DNA of 64,000 bases from the human T2T-CHM13v2.0 reference genome, Homo sapiens. The notes beneath the pieces were generated by a model. It did not search any database, was not told the origin of the DNA, and worked only from the letters and a program-made list of their open reading frames with translations. The translations under genes were made by a program, and so were the position numbers. The stretch is from the NCBI RefSeq assembly GCF_009914755.1, contig NC_060941.1; one strand, written 5' to 3'. Below are positions 1 through 23,633 of the stretch, piece after piece (the first letter of the stretch is position 1; every line of letters starts with the position of its first letter).

Positions 1-1182
<1,182 letters not shown>

Positions 1183-1274
1183 GATCGCGCCCCTGCACTC
1201 AAGCCTCTGGGTGATAGAGCGAGGAGACCCTGTCTCCAAAACACAAACAAACAAAAGGTAATGGGGGGGGGGGG

Positions 1275-1570
<296 letters not shown>

Positions 1571-2429
1571 GTAGTAGGAACATTGCTGGTAATTGCTGTG
1601 TGAGCACACTAATACCACATTTATACCTGTCTTTCTGAACTTCTATGACAATGTAAACATGCATATGTATATAGATATCTCCATATATAGTTACTCTCAC
1701 CTTGTTCACAGCTGCTCTTACACTAGATATACAATTTTCTCCTTCAAATAATGTTAATGCTAACTATGAATGTAATATATGCTCAGTGTATGAAATTTAG
1801 GAAATATAGAAAAAGAAAGCACTCATTATCCCTACGATCCAAGTATATTCAGTTTGGCATGTTTCCTCTTTTCCCAGTATTAATTTTTTACTTAAATAAC
1901 AATGAATACAATACAAGTTGTAAGGACTTGACCAGCAGATATACAGAGAGTGAGTAAAAACATTGAAGTCCTTTTTCAGCGTCCCTTCCCAGATGTCCTC
2001 TTCCCACACATCTTTTTCTGTGCCACTTGCTAGAAGTTTGGTGTATTTACGACCAGATTGTTTTCAATGTGTCACATATGTTTGTGTTATATAAAAACAT
2101 ACTTTAAAAATCATATATAAATGCAATTATGCATTACACACCCATCTTTCTTGGAGACATTTCCATGCTAACACATATAGATGTGCCTTATTCTTCTCAA
2201 ACTGCTGCAAAATATTTCATGGTATAGATACACCATATTTTACCCTTCTCCTTACTGATGGTATTTATATTGTTTCTAATTTTTACTATTAAAACAATAC
2301 TGCAATTAATATCTTTGTAAATGTCTCTTGTCACAAATGTGCAAGTATTTCTTCAGGATATACTAGAAGTAGAATTGCTGTATCAAAGATTATGGCATTT
2401 AAAAATTGGGGATTATTACAGAATTACCC

Positions 2430-3660
<1,231 letters not shown>

Positions 3661-3987
3661 AAAGACTGTACCAATATCAATTCCCACCAGTATTGCATAA
3701 GAGAGAGTATCTAGTCCTCCACCACTTCATTAATATTATACATTATGAATAATTTCAACTTTGAACATATTGAGGGGCAAAAACAACACTTGATTGTTTT
3801 AATTTGCATGTGCCCAATTACTTCTGAGATTGGATACCTTTTGAATGTTTACTTAACATTAATTTGTCTTGCAAATTATCTGTTCATTTCCTTTGCCCAA
3901 TTTTAGTATGAATTTGTTCGACTATATATTCTAACAACTAATAATTTATTTAATTGTGGTAAATATTGTCTTTCAGACTTGCTTCAC

Positions 3988-4510
<523 letters not shown>

Positions 4511-4684
4511 TCATCATCATCATCATCATCTGACAATCTTTTTCCTTATGGCTTCTGGGCCAAAGGAATAAATGAAGGTATAAGGCTTGTTGATAACTAT
4601 TAATAACACACATTAAAAAAAAACTATGCATAACACACATTTGAAATCTACAGCACATTGCCTGAAGTTAGCATGTTGGGTTCT

Positions 4685-5425
4685 GGCTCTGTCTCTTGCT
4701 TCAACAGTGTTTAGAACGAACAGACCAGGGGGATCCCTCTTCCAGCCTGTGATCGCCTCCCATCTCCTTTTCACTTGAGCCTCCCAGACCATCTTCTTGG
4801 CAACCTCCTGCTTCTGGGCCCAGCCAACACCGTTTTTGTGGATATCTTCTTCTTGTCCCCAAGCATGAGCTCCTAGATGTGTTAGAATGATTCCACCCAG
4901 GCAGAGGCAGCCACCAACTGCCCCGTCAACCGGCATCTCTCTGGACTTCTACTTTGGCCACGATGACATGGCTCTGGAAGGTGAACTGGCCAAGCATCTC
5001 TGGAAGATGCAAAGCCAGCGTGGCAGCCTGCTCTTTTGCAGGACCTGCAGATGAGATGAATGGGATAAAACCCTGGACGCCGTGGGGGTAGCCCTGGCCC
5101 TGGAGAGGAGCCTGAACCTGGGTTCTGCTGACACAGACGTCACCTCTGGGACTTCCTAGAGAGGCCTTTCCTAGATGGGGGAGTGAAACTCGTCAAGAGG
5201 GTGGATGATCACCTGACCTCTGCGGGCTGGCCACCTGGAGCCGGGCCAGGCAACTGTCTTTTCCAAAGTCTGGCCACCCTCAAGCATGACTGGGAGCCTA
5301 GCGAGCCCAGTGACCTCTGAGAGGCTCCTCTCAAAGGATCAGGGTTTCTGCCTGCCTGAGCCTCCCCCTCCAGCCACTAGGCAGCTTTTTAACCCTGGAG
5401 CCCTCTCCCAAGCCTGGATCAAATT
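4685..5425 (+). pseudogene. FTL (pseudogene): Ferritin light chain processed pseudogene (5' UTR, decayed CDS ~4865-5292, 3' UTR)
   Basis: Intronless match to FTL mRNA. 5' UTR reads tcttgcttcaacagtgttt...caccgtttttgtgg. ATG AGC TCC at 4865 is followed by an immediate TAG. Further matches: gatgacatggctctggaagg (DDVALEG), gaagatgcaaagccagcgtggc (KMQNQRG), ctcaagcatgac (LKHD). Multiple deletions and frameshifts. Confidence 0.93.
4688..4724 (+). promoter_or_regulatory. Iron-responsive element (IRE) relic
   Basis: tgc-ttcaa-CAGTGT-ttaga. The bulged C and the CAGUGN loop (4705-4710) are intact; one upper-stem C:G pair has become C:A. Confidence 0.8.
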
Positions 5426-5610
5426 TGCAGGGACAAAACGGGGGCAGGGGCTGGGGTGGGGAAATCAAATTAATGACCTTCTTAGGGTAAGGATGTTCCA
5501 GGAAGAGGAAACCTGCCATCCCACAACCCCTAGACCATAATAGCAATTATTCCCTCCAGGGATCAACAAACCAGTGACAGACTCTAGAACCATTGAAATC
5601 TACTGATTAA

Positions 5611-9325
<3,715 letters not shown>

Positions 9326-10453
9326 GAAAGGTGAACATTAGCAGCAGCAAGGCAGCCATCACCTTTGCTCTGTGAAGCCTGTGGTAGGGATGGATATGAA
9401 TTAGCTGTGGTGGGAGGGACTGAGTAAGCTCTGGGACCATGTGGCTCTGCTGGACACAGCAGGGGAAGGCAGTGGTCCAGGCTTCCCAAAAACCAGCCTT
9501 GAGGAATAAAGATAATGCTCCGAATTTTCAGAACTGCTCTGCTCACTCTGAGTCAGAGTGGAAAATACTGACTGCTGCATCTAGCAAAGGAGATGTTTCA
9601 GCACTGTTTTGGGAAGAAGGGCCTGTAGGGCTTATCTGACGAGGGCCTTACTGTCATCTCCGCATCATGCCAAGCAGCCTTTCCTTAGACCCAGGGCTCC
9701 CACCCCCACTTTCAGATTAGCTGCCAGCCTCCAACACTCTGCTGTTTTCCTTTCCTGAGAAGCAGCCCCTGTGAAAGCTGTTTTTCTGAGCATCAGGCCT
9801 GAGCATAATCTGCTTTAGCAGCTGAAGTGGTCTGCTCTTCTTTTACTGAAAGCACTTTAATACAGAAATTCTGTTGACCTTTTAGATTTATATATGCTTC
9901 TCCCTCCCCTCTGGGCTTTTCCTGGAAGTAGGTTGGCAAGGTTTACTGGAACAGTATGGTTCCTACCCCCACACCAGCCAAGACCTTGAGAAGAGAGAAG
10001 GTGCTGAGCCACTCAAGCACATGGCCAGGGGAGCTTAGAAAAACAGGGACTTCCAACCTGCCTGGGCAATATAGTGAGACCCCATTCTCCAAAAACAAGG
10101 AAAAAAGAAAAAAGAAAAAGAGGGACCCTCCAAACACAAGCAGGGAGAAGCTGAAGAAGTGGGTGCTAGAAGAGCCTGGAGATGTGTAGATGGCAGCCTG
10201 TCTGCTGCTCTGGGCCTTGGCCATTGCCTGTGCTGCTGATGCTTCTGCCGTCTCTTCTTCTTTCACAAAACTACAAGAGCTCAGGTTGCGGCTGCTCAAA
10301 AGCTTCCCGCAATGTGCTGATTCACTCTAAGTGTCTGCTCCTCTGCAGACTGACTTCATGCACTTAAAATAATTCACTCATTTCATTGTTAGCTCTGTCC
10401 TCTCCACTTGCATTTCAGGCCAGAGCAGTACAATGAGGTCCCAAGCTCTGTCC

Positions 10454-11371
10454 TGTAAACCACAGATAAAATTCTAAGGCCCCTCCACAACCATCTGAAT
10501 GGGCCCCTCTTCTTGGCTAAGGACATTCCCAAGGAAATCTGAAAATCTAGTTCAGGACATGACGGAAGAGCAGGTCACACAAGCATCATTATAACCTCCT
10601 CCCTTTTGGAATTCAGGAAAAGCCAACCAGCATTAACATCAACACAGATCTTAAGTCTGGTAAGAAACATTTACAATCTATTTTCTCTGAAGTTTGCTAC
10701 CTGGAAGCTTCATCTGCCTGATAAAACCTTGGTCTCAACAACTGCTTATCATAACCCAGACATTCCTTTCTACTGATAATAACTCTTTCTTCTTCTTTTT
10801 TTTTTCCTAGACAGAGTCTCGCTCTGTGGCCCAGACTGGAGTGCAGTGGCCCCATCTCAGCTCACCACAACCTCTGCCTCCCGGGTTCAAGTGATTCCCC
10901 TGCCTCAGCCTGCTGAGTAGCTGGGATTACAGGCATGCACAACCACAACCAGCCAATTTTGTATTTTTAGTAGACACGGGGTTTCTCCATGTTGGCCAAG
11001 CTGGTCTCGAACTCCTGACCTCAGGTCATCCACCCGCCTCCGCCTCCCAAAGTGCTGGGATTACAGGCGTGAGCCATGGCCCCTAAACAACTCTTTCAAC
11101 CAATTGCCAATCAGAAAAAATTTAAAATCTGCATGTGACCTGGATACACTCCCCACAAGAACTTCAAGTTGTCCTGCCCTTCCATATGGAACCAATGTAA
11201 GTCCTATATGTATTTGACTGATGTCTCATGTCTCCCTAAAATATATAAAACTAGGCTGTGTCTTAGCACCTTGGGCACCTGCTCTCAGGATCTCCTGAGG
11301 GCTGTGTCATGGGCCACTGATCACTCATATTTGGCTCAGAATAAATCTCCTCAAATACATTTTTGCCAACA
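10454..11371 (+). mobile_element. ERV1 solo LTR, MER4 family (MER4D/E-like), interrupted by a minus-strand Alu (~10790-11082)
   Basis: Starts TGtaaaccacagataaaattctaaggcccc and ends ...gccaaCA. It has a 4-bp TSD gtcc on both sides and AATAAA near 11340. Confidence 0.8.
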
Positions 11372-12607
11372 GTCCACTGGGCTCAGGTGAGCAGGGCCTG
11401 AAACAGATAACATGGAAATTTATAATAAAATAAGGGACCCATGCCTTAAGACATACCACAAAGTAAATATAACACTGTACAGGCTCTCTCGGGTGACCCT
11501 GGACTACAGAATGTGGGTTGCGGGGAGGGAGAGACGTGGACTTTTTCCTGCAGGTCATGGCTTGGGTGCACCTAGAAACAGGCCAATACCACCCCTTCTT
11601 TTCTGGAAAGGTGGGGCCTGACAGCTTTGCGTGGGGAACCAGTGTCCTGTTACAGTTCAGGTCTAAAATGCCTGCTGAGTAAATAAACATGTTGTTCTCA
11701 ACCTAACCCAAAAAGCCTGATATTTGTAGGAATAAAATTGCTCTTTCCTACCCTGGGCAAACTGCTTCCCTGACAAATATGCTCAGTCATGGAGTGGAGA
11801 CAGATAAGTAAAGAGATGCTGGGAATAGAGCAGAGACAGATAAGTAAACAGATGCTGGGGATATGTCATGATACAGAGCCAGGCCAGAGTCAAGCAAGGT
11901 GTTGCATTGGCATACTGCCGGCCTTTCCTGCAGGAAAAGGTGTGAAAAAGCTCTTGAGGTGATGGGAAGGGGTGTGCTGTTTTGAAATGGGAAGATAAAA
12001 ACAGAGCCATGGGGGTTCTGCACCATCGCCTTGGAACAAATGGTGTCTGCCTCCACATCTGCAATGACTCAGATCTCTGCTCTGGGCATACTTGCAGTCA
12101 AATCAGGGCTGCCCAGACATCCTGTGTTTGTGAAATGCTGAGAAAGACTAACTGGCTTCCAGCAGTTGCCTACTCATCCACCCTCTTCCAAACACCCAGG
12201 CTGGGGAGTAACATTTTGGGGATGAGTCCTTGTAATGCTGCTTCTCTCTGGAGAGCAATGTGTGAAAATTGACCCAAGGAGTTGTCTCATGGGATGAGGC
12301 ATAATTGGCTGTCTTTTTTCGGAACCTCCTTGAGGCTCATCTACCCCCGTGCCCTGAGCTCACTGGGGCCTGCCTGGCCAAACAGAATATACCCATTAAG
12401 GGAATAAATTTCCAGGCCACAATAACAAGCATCACCACTTTGAAAAGAAAAAGCCATGAACTGAAATTCTTCAAAATAAGAATTTTTAATTAGCCCAATA
12501 AACACATTAAAAGATATAAGGAAGATACTAGAACTATGAAACAAATGAACACAAAAACACCAAAAAGAACCGACAAGAAATACTAAGTTGAAAACATAAC
12601 AGTTGAG

Positions 12608-13227
<620 letters not shown>

Positions 13228-13238
13228 GGTGGGGGGGC

Positions 13239-14652
<1,414 letters not shown>

Positions 14653-14932
14653 CTAAAGGAAGAAGAAAAAAGAACAGGAAATATAAAAAGAATATACAAA
14701 ATAGAATATAAAAAGGAAATATAAAAGAATAGCTAAGGGATATGGAGAATAAAAGTGAAATGGCAACATTCAGAAGATAGGATTCCTGGAAAGAGAAAGA
14801 GAAAAATGGAGAGGAGGAAATATTTGAAAAAATAAAGAATAAAAAATTCTCAGAATTAGGAAAAAAGATGAAATGTGAACACAAGATCTGTATACAGATT
14901 ATTCCTCATTAAAAATAATTTTGGCCAAGCGT

Positions 14933-15702
<770 letters not shown>

Positions 15703-18700
15703 GTTTTTCAATATACTTGTCCATGGGTCCCTAAATGTCTTGTCGTAGATTCTTTAAAAAGAGTGTTTCCAACATGCTGAATCAAAAAAAAAAAAATGGT
15801 TTAACTCTGTGTAATGGATCTGTTCATCACAAAACTTTTTTACAGGTAGCTTATTTCTAGTTTTTATCACGGGACATTCAGATTTTTAATACGGGCCTCA
15901 ATGGGCTCCACAGTGTCCCTTCATAGATTCTACAAAAAGAGTGTTTCCACCCCGCCCTTCATAGATTTTCCATAAACAGTGTTTTCAACGTGCTGAATGA
16001 AAACAATGGTTTAAGTCTTTTAGCTGAATCTACTCATCTGAAAGCATTTTCACAGATAGCTTGTTTCTAGTTTGTATTGAGAGATAATCGATTTTTCACT
16101 ATAGGCCTCAATAAGCTTCTAAATGTCCCTTTGTAGATTCTTTAAAAAGAGTGTTTCCAACCTTGTGAATCAAAACAATGGTTTACCTATGTGAGATGAA
16201 TGCACACATCACAAAGCATTTTCACAGATATCTTGTTTCTACTTTTTATCATGGGATATTCGGTTTTCCACCATAGGCCTCACTGGGCTTCATAACGTTC
16301 CCTTGTAGATTCTACAAAATGAATGTTTTCAACCTGCTGAATCAAAACAAAGGTTTAAATCTGTGAGATGAATCCAGACATCACAAAGGATTTTCACAGG
16401 TACCTTGTATGTCGTTTTTATTAAGGGAAATTTGATTTTTCCCAACAGGCCTCAATGGGCTCTAAATGATCCCTTCCTAGATTCTACAAAAAGAATGTTT
16501 CCAACCTTCTGAATCAAAACAAAGTTTAACTCTGTGAAAGGAATCTGCACATAGCAAAGCATTTTCACACATTGCTTGTTTCTAGTTTTAATGGCAGGAT
16601 ATTCGGTTTTTCACAATATACCTTAATGGGCTTCGAACTGTCCCTTTATAGATTTTACAAAAGGAATGTTTTCTAACTGCTGGATCAAGACAAAGGTTTA
16701 ACTCTGTGAAATGAATCCGCACATCTAAAAGCATTTCCACAGTTTGCCTGTTTCTAGTTTTTATCGTGGCATATTCAGATTTTCACTATAGGCCTCAATG
16801 TGCTTTGATACGTCCCTTCTTAGATTTTACTCAATGAGTGTTTTCTACCTACTGAATTAAAAGAAAGGTTTAACACTGTGAGATGAATCCACACATTGCA
16901 AAGAATTTCCACAGGTAGCATCTTTCTAATTTTTATCGCAAATATTCATTTTTTTCACAATAGGCCTCAATGGGCTCTGAAGTGTCCCTTCATAGATACC
17001 ACAAGAAGCTTGTTTCCAACCTGCTGAATCAAAACAAATGTTTAACTCTGTGAGATAAATGCATGCATCATAAAGTATTTTCAAATATAACTAGTTTTTA
17101 GTTTTTATCATGGGATATTCAGTTTCTCACTATAGGCTGCAATGGGCTAAGAAATGTCCCTTTGTAGATACTGCAAAAAAGTGTTACCACCCTGCTGAAT
17201 CAAAACAAGGGTTTAACTCTGTGAAATAAATGAACACATCACAAAGCATTTTCACAGATAGCTTTTTTCTAATTTTTATCGTGGGATGCTTTTTTTCCAC
17301 TATAGGCCTCAATGTGCTTTGAAATGTCCCTTTCTAGATTCTACAAAAAAGGTATTTAAAACCTCCTGAATCAAAACAAAAGTTAAACTCAGGGAGATGA
17401 ATGCACATATTTCAGAGAATTTTTACAGATAGCTTGTTTCTAGTTTTTATCACGGGATATTCATTTTTTCACTATAGGCCTCATTTGGCTCCGAAAAGTT
17501 CCTTTGTAGTTTCTAAAAATAAAGTGTTTCCAACCCGCACTTAGTAGATTTTACTAAAACAGTGTTTTCAACCTTTTTAATAAAAACAAAAGTTTAATTA
17601 TGTGACATGAATATACACATCACAAAGTATTTACATAGATAGCATGTTTCTAGTTTTTATCATGGGATATGCGGTTTTTTACTGTAGGCCTAAATCAGCT
17701 CTGAAGTGTCCCTTCTTAGGTTCTAGAAGAACAGTGTATCCTACCTGCTGAACCAAAATAATGGTTTAGCCCTGTGAGATGAATCCACAGATCTCAAAGC
17801 ATGTTCACAGATAGCTTGTTTCTAGTTTTTATCATGGAATGCTTGGTTTCTCATTATAGGCTTCACTGGGCTCTAAAATATCCATTCGTAGATTCTATAA
17901 AAAGAGTGTTTCCAACCTACTTAATCCAAATAAATGTTTCACTCTGTAAAGTGAATCCAAACATCACAAAGCATTTTGATGGATAGCTTGTTTCTAGTTT
18001 TAATCATGGGATATTCAGTCTTTTTCTGTAGACTTCAATGGTCTCTGAAATGTCCCATTGTAGATTTTACAAAAAGAGTGTTGCCAGCCAGCTGAATCAA
18101 TACAAACGTTTAACTCTGTGAGATAAATCTTCCATCACAAAGCATTTTCACAGATAGCTTGTTTCTGGTTTTCAAGGCGAAATATTCAGTTTTTCACTAT
18201 AGGCCTCAATGGACTCCAAAATGTTTCTTTGTAGATTTTACAAAAGAGTGTTTCCAACCTGCTGAAACAAAACAAAGGTTAAACTGTGTGAGATGAATCC
18301 ACACTTTGCAAATCATTTTCACAAATTACTTGTTTCTAGTTTTTATCATGGAATATTCAGTTTTCCACTGTAGGCCTCAATGGGTTCCAAAATGTCCCTT
18401 CGCAGATACTACAAAAAGAGTGTTTCCAACCTGCTGAATAAAAACTAAGATTTAGCTCTGTAAAATGAATCCACACATTGCCAAGCATTTTCACCAATAG
18501 TTTGTTTCTAGTTCTAATTGCAGGATATTCGGTTTTTCACTATAGGCCTCAATGGCCTCCAAAATGTCCCTTTGTAGATCCCATTAAAAGGATGTTTCCA
18601 ACCTCCCCTTTGTAGATTTTACAAAAAGAGTATTTCCATCCTGCTGAATAAAAACAAAGGTTTATCTCTGTGAGATGAATTCACACATCATGAAACATTC

Positions 18701-21700
18701 TCATATGTAGCTTGTTTCAAGTTTTTATAGCGGGATATTTAGTTTTATGACTATAGGCCTCAATGTGCTCCGAAATGTCACTTTGTAAACTGTGTCAAAA
18801 GAGTATTTCCAACCTGATGAATAAAAATAAAGGTTTAAGTCTGTGAGATGAATCCACACATCACAAACCATTTTCACAGACAGCTTGTTTCTACTTTTCA
18901 TCATGGGATATTTGGTTATTCACTATAGACTTCAATATGCTCTGAGATGTCCCCTTTTAGTTCTACAACAGAGTGTTTCAAACCTACTGAATCAAAACAA
19001 AGATTTAACTCTGTGACATGAAATGACCCATTGTAAAGCATTTTTACAGGTAGCTTGTTCCTAGTTTTTATTGCAGAATATTCAGTTTTTTACTACAGGC
19101 CTCAATGGGCTTTGAAATGTCCTCTTGTAGATTCTACAAAAAGAGTAATTTTGGTCTGCTGAATCAAAACAAAAGTTAACTCTGTGAGATACATCCACAC
19201 ATTGCCAAGGATTTTCACAGATACATTTTTCTAGTTTTTATCATGGAATATTTGGTTTTTTACTACAGTTCTCAATGTACTCTGAAATATCCCTTAATAT
19301 ATTCTTGAATAAGTTTGTCTCCAACCTGCTGAGTTAAAACAAAGCTTTAACTCTGGGAGATGAATCCACACATCACAGCACATTTTCACTGATAGATTGT
19401 TTCTACTTTTTATCTTGGGACAATCTGTTTTTGACTATAGGCCTCAATGGGCTTTAAAATGTCCCCTCGTAGATTCTACGAAAAGAGTGCTTCAAACTTG
19501 CTTAATCAAAGCAAAGGTTAAATTATGTGAGATGAAGCCACACATCACAAAGCATTTTCACATATAGCTTGTTTCTAGTTTTTATCATGGGAGATTTGAT
19601 TTTTTACTATAGGCCTCAATTGGCTCTGAAATGTAAACTTTTATATTCTACAATAAAAGTGTTTTCAACCTGCTGAATCAAAACAAATGTTTAACTCCAT
19701 GAGATGAGTCCACACATCACAAACATTTTCACAAGCAGCTTGTTTCTAATTTTTATTATGAGATATTCAGTTTTTCAGTACAAGCCTCAATGGGCTCCAA
19801 AATGTTTCTTCATAGATTCTAAAAATAGAGTTGTTCCAACCTGCCAAATCAAAACAAACATTTAACTCTGTGAGATAAATCCATACATTGCAAAGCATTT
19901 TCACAGATAGCTTGTTTCTAGTTGTTTATTGTGGGATATTTTGTTTCTCACTATAAACCTCAATAGGCTCTGAAATGTCCCCTCATAGATTCTACAAAAA
20001 AAGTGCTTTCATCCTGCTGAATAAAAACAAAAGTTTAACTCTGTGACATGAAATGACACATCATAAAGCATTTCGACAGAGAGCTTTGTTCTAGTTTTTG
20101 TCATGGCACATTCAGTTTTTCACTACAAGCCACAGTGGGCTCCAAAATGTCCCTTCGTGGATTCTACAAAAAGTGATTTTGGCCTGCTGAATCAAAACAA
20201 AGGTTCAACTCTGTGAGATGAATCCACACATCACAAAGAATTTTCACAGATAGCTTGTTTCTAGTTTTCATCCTAGGATATTAGGGTTTTTTCATGCATT
20301 TCTTCATGGGCTCTGAAATGCTCCTTTGTAGATTCTACAAAAAGTGTTTCCAACCTGCTGAATCATAACAAAGGTTTAACTCTGTGAGTTGAATCCACAC
20401 ATCATGAAACATTCTCATATGTAGCTTGTTTCTAGTTTTTATCTCGAGATATAAAGTTTTTAACTGTAGGCCTCAATGTTCTCTGAAATGTGCCTTCTTA
20501 GATTCTACAAAAAGAGTATTTCCAACCTGTTGAATCAAAACCAAAGTTTAACTCTTTGAGATGAATTGACACATTGCAAAGCATTTTCACAGATAGCTTT
20601 TTTCTAGTTTTTGTCACAGAAATTCAGGTTTTCACTGTTGGCCATTGTGGACCCCAAAATGGCCCTTTGAAGATTCTACAAAAAGAGTAGTTCCAACCTG
20701 CTGAATCAAAACAAAGGCTTAAATCTGTGAGATGCATTCACACATTGCAAAGCATTTTCACAGATAGCTTTTTTCTAGTTTTTGTCACAGAAATTCAGTT
20801 TTTCACTGTTGGCCTTTGTGGACTCCAAAATGGCCCTTCATAGATTCTGCAAAAAGAGTAGTTCCAACCTGCTGAAACAAAACAAAGGCTTAAATCTCCA
20901 CACATTGCAAAGCATTTTCACAAATAGCTTGTTTCTGGTTTTTATCACAGGATATTTGGTTTTTGACTTTAGACCTCAATAGGCTCCAAAATGTCTCCTC
21001 CTAGATTATATAAAAAGATTGTATTCCACGTGCTGAATCAAAACACAGTTAACTTGGTGAGATCAATCTGCACATCACAAAGCATTTTCACAGATAGCTT
21101 GTTTCTCGTTTTTATCACAGGATATTCAGTTTTTCACTATAGGCCTCAAAGCACACCAAAAAGTCTTCTTGTAGATCCAAAAACAGACTGTTTCCAACCT
21201 GCTTAATCAAAACAAAGATTTAACTCTGTGAAATGAATCCACACATCCCAAAGCATTTTCACAGGTAGCTTGTTTCTAGTTTATATCTCCAGATATTTTG
21301 TTTTTCACTACAGGCTTCAATGGGCTTTGAAATGTTTCTTCATAGATTGTACTAAAAGAGATTTTCCAACCTACTGAATTATAACAAAGATTTAATTCTG
21401 TGAGATTAATCTACACATCACAAAGCATTTTCATAGATAGCTTGTTTCTAGTTTTTATTATGGTATAATTTGTCTTTCATTGTAGGCCTCAATGGGCTTT
21501 GAAATGGCCCTTAGTAGATTCTGCAAAAAGAGTATTTCCAACCTGCTGAATTAAAATAATTGTTTAAGTCTGTGAGACAAATTCACACAATGCAAAGCAT
21601 TTTAACAGATATTTTGCTTGAGTTTTTATTGCAGGATATTTGGTGTCTCAATATACTCTTCCATGGGCTCCAAAATGTCCCTTTGTATATTCTACAAAAA

Positions 21701-23050
21701 GAGTGTTTCCAACCTGTTGAATAAAAACAAAGGTTTAATTCTGAGAGATGATTCCAAACATCACAAGACCTTTGGACAGATAGCTTGTTTCTAGTTTTCA
21801 TTGTGGGATATTCAACTTTTCACCGTAGTCCTCAAGGAGCTTTGTAATGTCTTTTCATGGAATCTACAAAAACAGTGTTTCCACCCTGCTGAATCAACAC
21901 AAATATTTAACTCTGTGAGATGGATCCACACATCCCAAAACATTTTCATAAATAGTTTGTTTCCATTTTTCATAGAAGAATATTTGCTTTTTCTATATAT
22001 TTATCCATGGGCTCCAAAATGCCCCTTCATAGATTCTAAAAAAAGAATAGTTTCAATCTGCTCATTCAAAACATATGTTTAATAATCTGAGAGATAAATC
22101 CATCCATCACAAAGCATTTTCACAGATAGCCTGTTTCTAGTTTTTAATTTCAGGATATTTAGTTTTTCATTGTACACCTCAATGGGCTCCAAAATGTCCC
22201 TTCATAGATTCTACAAAAAGAGTGATTCCAGTCTGTGGAATCAAAACAAATGTTTAACTCTGTGGGATGAATCCACTGACTGCAAAGCATTTTCACAGAT
22301 AGGTTTTTTCTAGTTTTTATCATGGGATATTTGGTTTTTTACTCTTGGCCTCAATGGGCTTCAAAATGTCCCTTCGTAGATTATACAAAAAGAGTGTTTC
22401 CAAGCTGCTGAATCAAAACAAAGAATTAACTCTGTGACATGAATCCACACATCACAAAGCATTTTCACAGATAGACTGTTTCTAGTTTTTATCATGGGAT
22501 ATTTAGTTTTTCACTATAGACCTCAATTGGCTCTGAAATGTCCCCTCATAGATTCTTCAAAAATAGTATTTCCAGCTCTGCTAAATCAAGACAAGAGATT
22601 AACTTTGTGATATGAATATACATATGGCAAATAATTTTTAGTGATAAGTTGTTTCCAGTGTTTTTGATGTGATATTCAGTTTTTCACTGTAGGCTTCAAT
22701 GGCCTCTGAAATGTCCACACGTAGGTGGTACAAAAGGACTGTTTCCAACATGCTGAATCAAAACAAAGGTTTAACTCTATCAGATGAATCCAAACATTGC
22801 AAAGGATTTTCACAGGTAGCTTGTTTCTAGTTTTTATCGTGAGATATTTGGATTTTTACTAATGGCCCTAATGGACTCTAAAATGTCCCTTCTTAGATTT
22901 TACAAAGAGAGTGTTTCCAACCTGCTTAATCAAAACAAAGGTTTAACTCTGTGAGATGAATCTACACATCACAAAGCATTTTTAGAAATAGACTTTTTAT
23001 TGTTATTGTTGCAAAATATTCAGATTTTTACCGTAGGCATTAATGGGTGT

Positions 23051-23633
23051 TGTTGGGAAAAGGTGAGTGTTGGGAGAAGCTGAGACAGGGCTTGCATGTC
23101 TGACATAATGTAAAAGAGTCTTGGAACATGTCCAGGGTCCAGGGTCTAAAACCCCTTGTGGCATTTGGAACACCAAAGTCTGTGCTAAAGGGTGGAAGGC
23201 TATCCAGATGCACAATAATCTAAGCCCAGGGCATAAAATCCCTGATGGCAGGGATAGAATCCAGGGTTTGTGGCTTTGGAATGTGTCCAGAATTGCTGGA
23301 TCCTTGCTCCTTGCTCTCCCAGAATTGATTGTATCTTGAGTTAGAAGAACCTGCTCTCCATTATCTCAAGTAGCAGAGCAAATGCTAAACCATCACAGCT
23401 GTAAATCATGTGTTTAATGCAACACACTCTTTTGACCACATTCTCACCACCTGTTTCTTTGTTGGATTACCAATAAATACTACGGGCTTCCAGAGCTCAA
23501 GGCCTTCATAGCCTCCATGATCGTGATGGACCCTGGTCCCACTTTACTTCTCAAACTGTCTTTTTCTCAATCATTTGACTCCACCGGACTTCATCAACCC
23601 CACAACCTGGTGTTGGGTCTGATCACCCCAACA
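23051..23633 (+). mobile_element. ERVK solo LTR, LTR14 family (LTR14C-like), inserted in alpha satellite
   Basis: 583 bp with inverted termini TGTTGGG...CCCAACA and a 5-bp TSD ggtgt (23046-23050 and 23634-23638). AATAAA near 23472. The 5' end gagtgttgggagaagctgagacagggcttgcatgtc resembles LTR14-family LTRs; the subfamily call is from memory. Confidence 0.78.
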
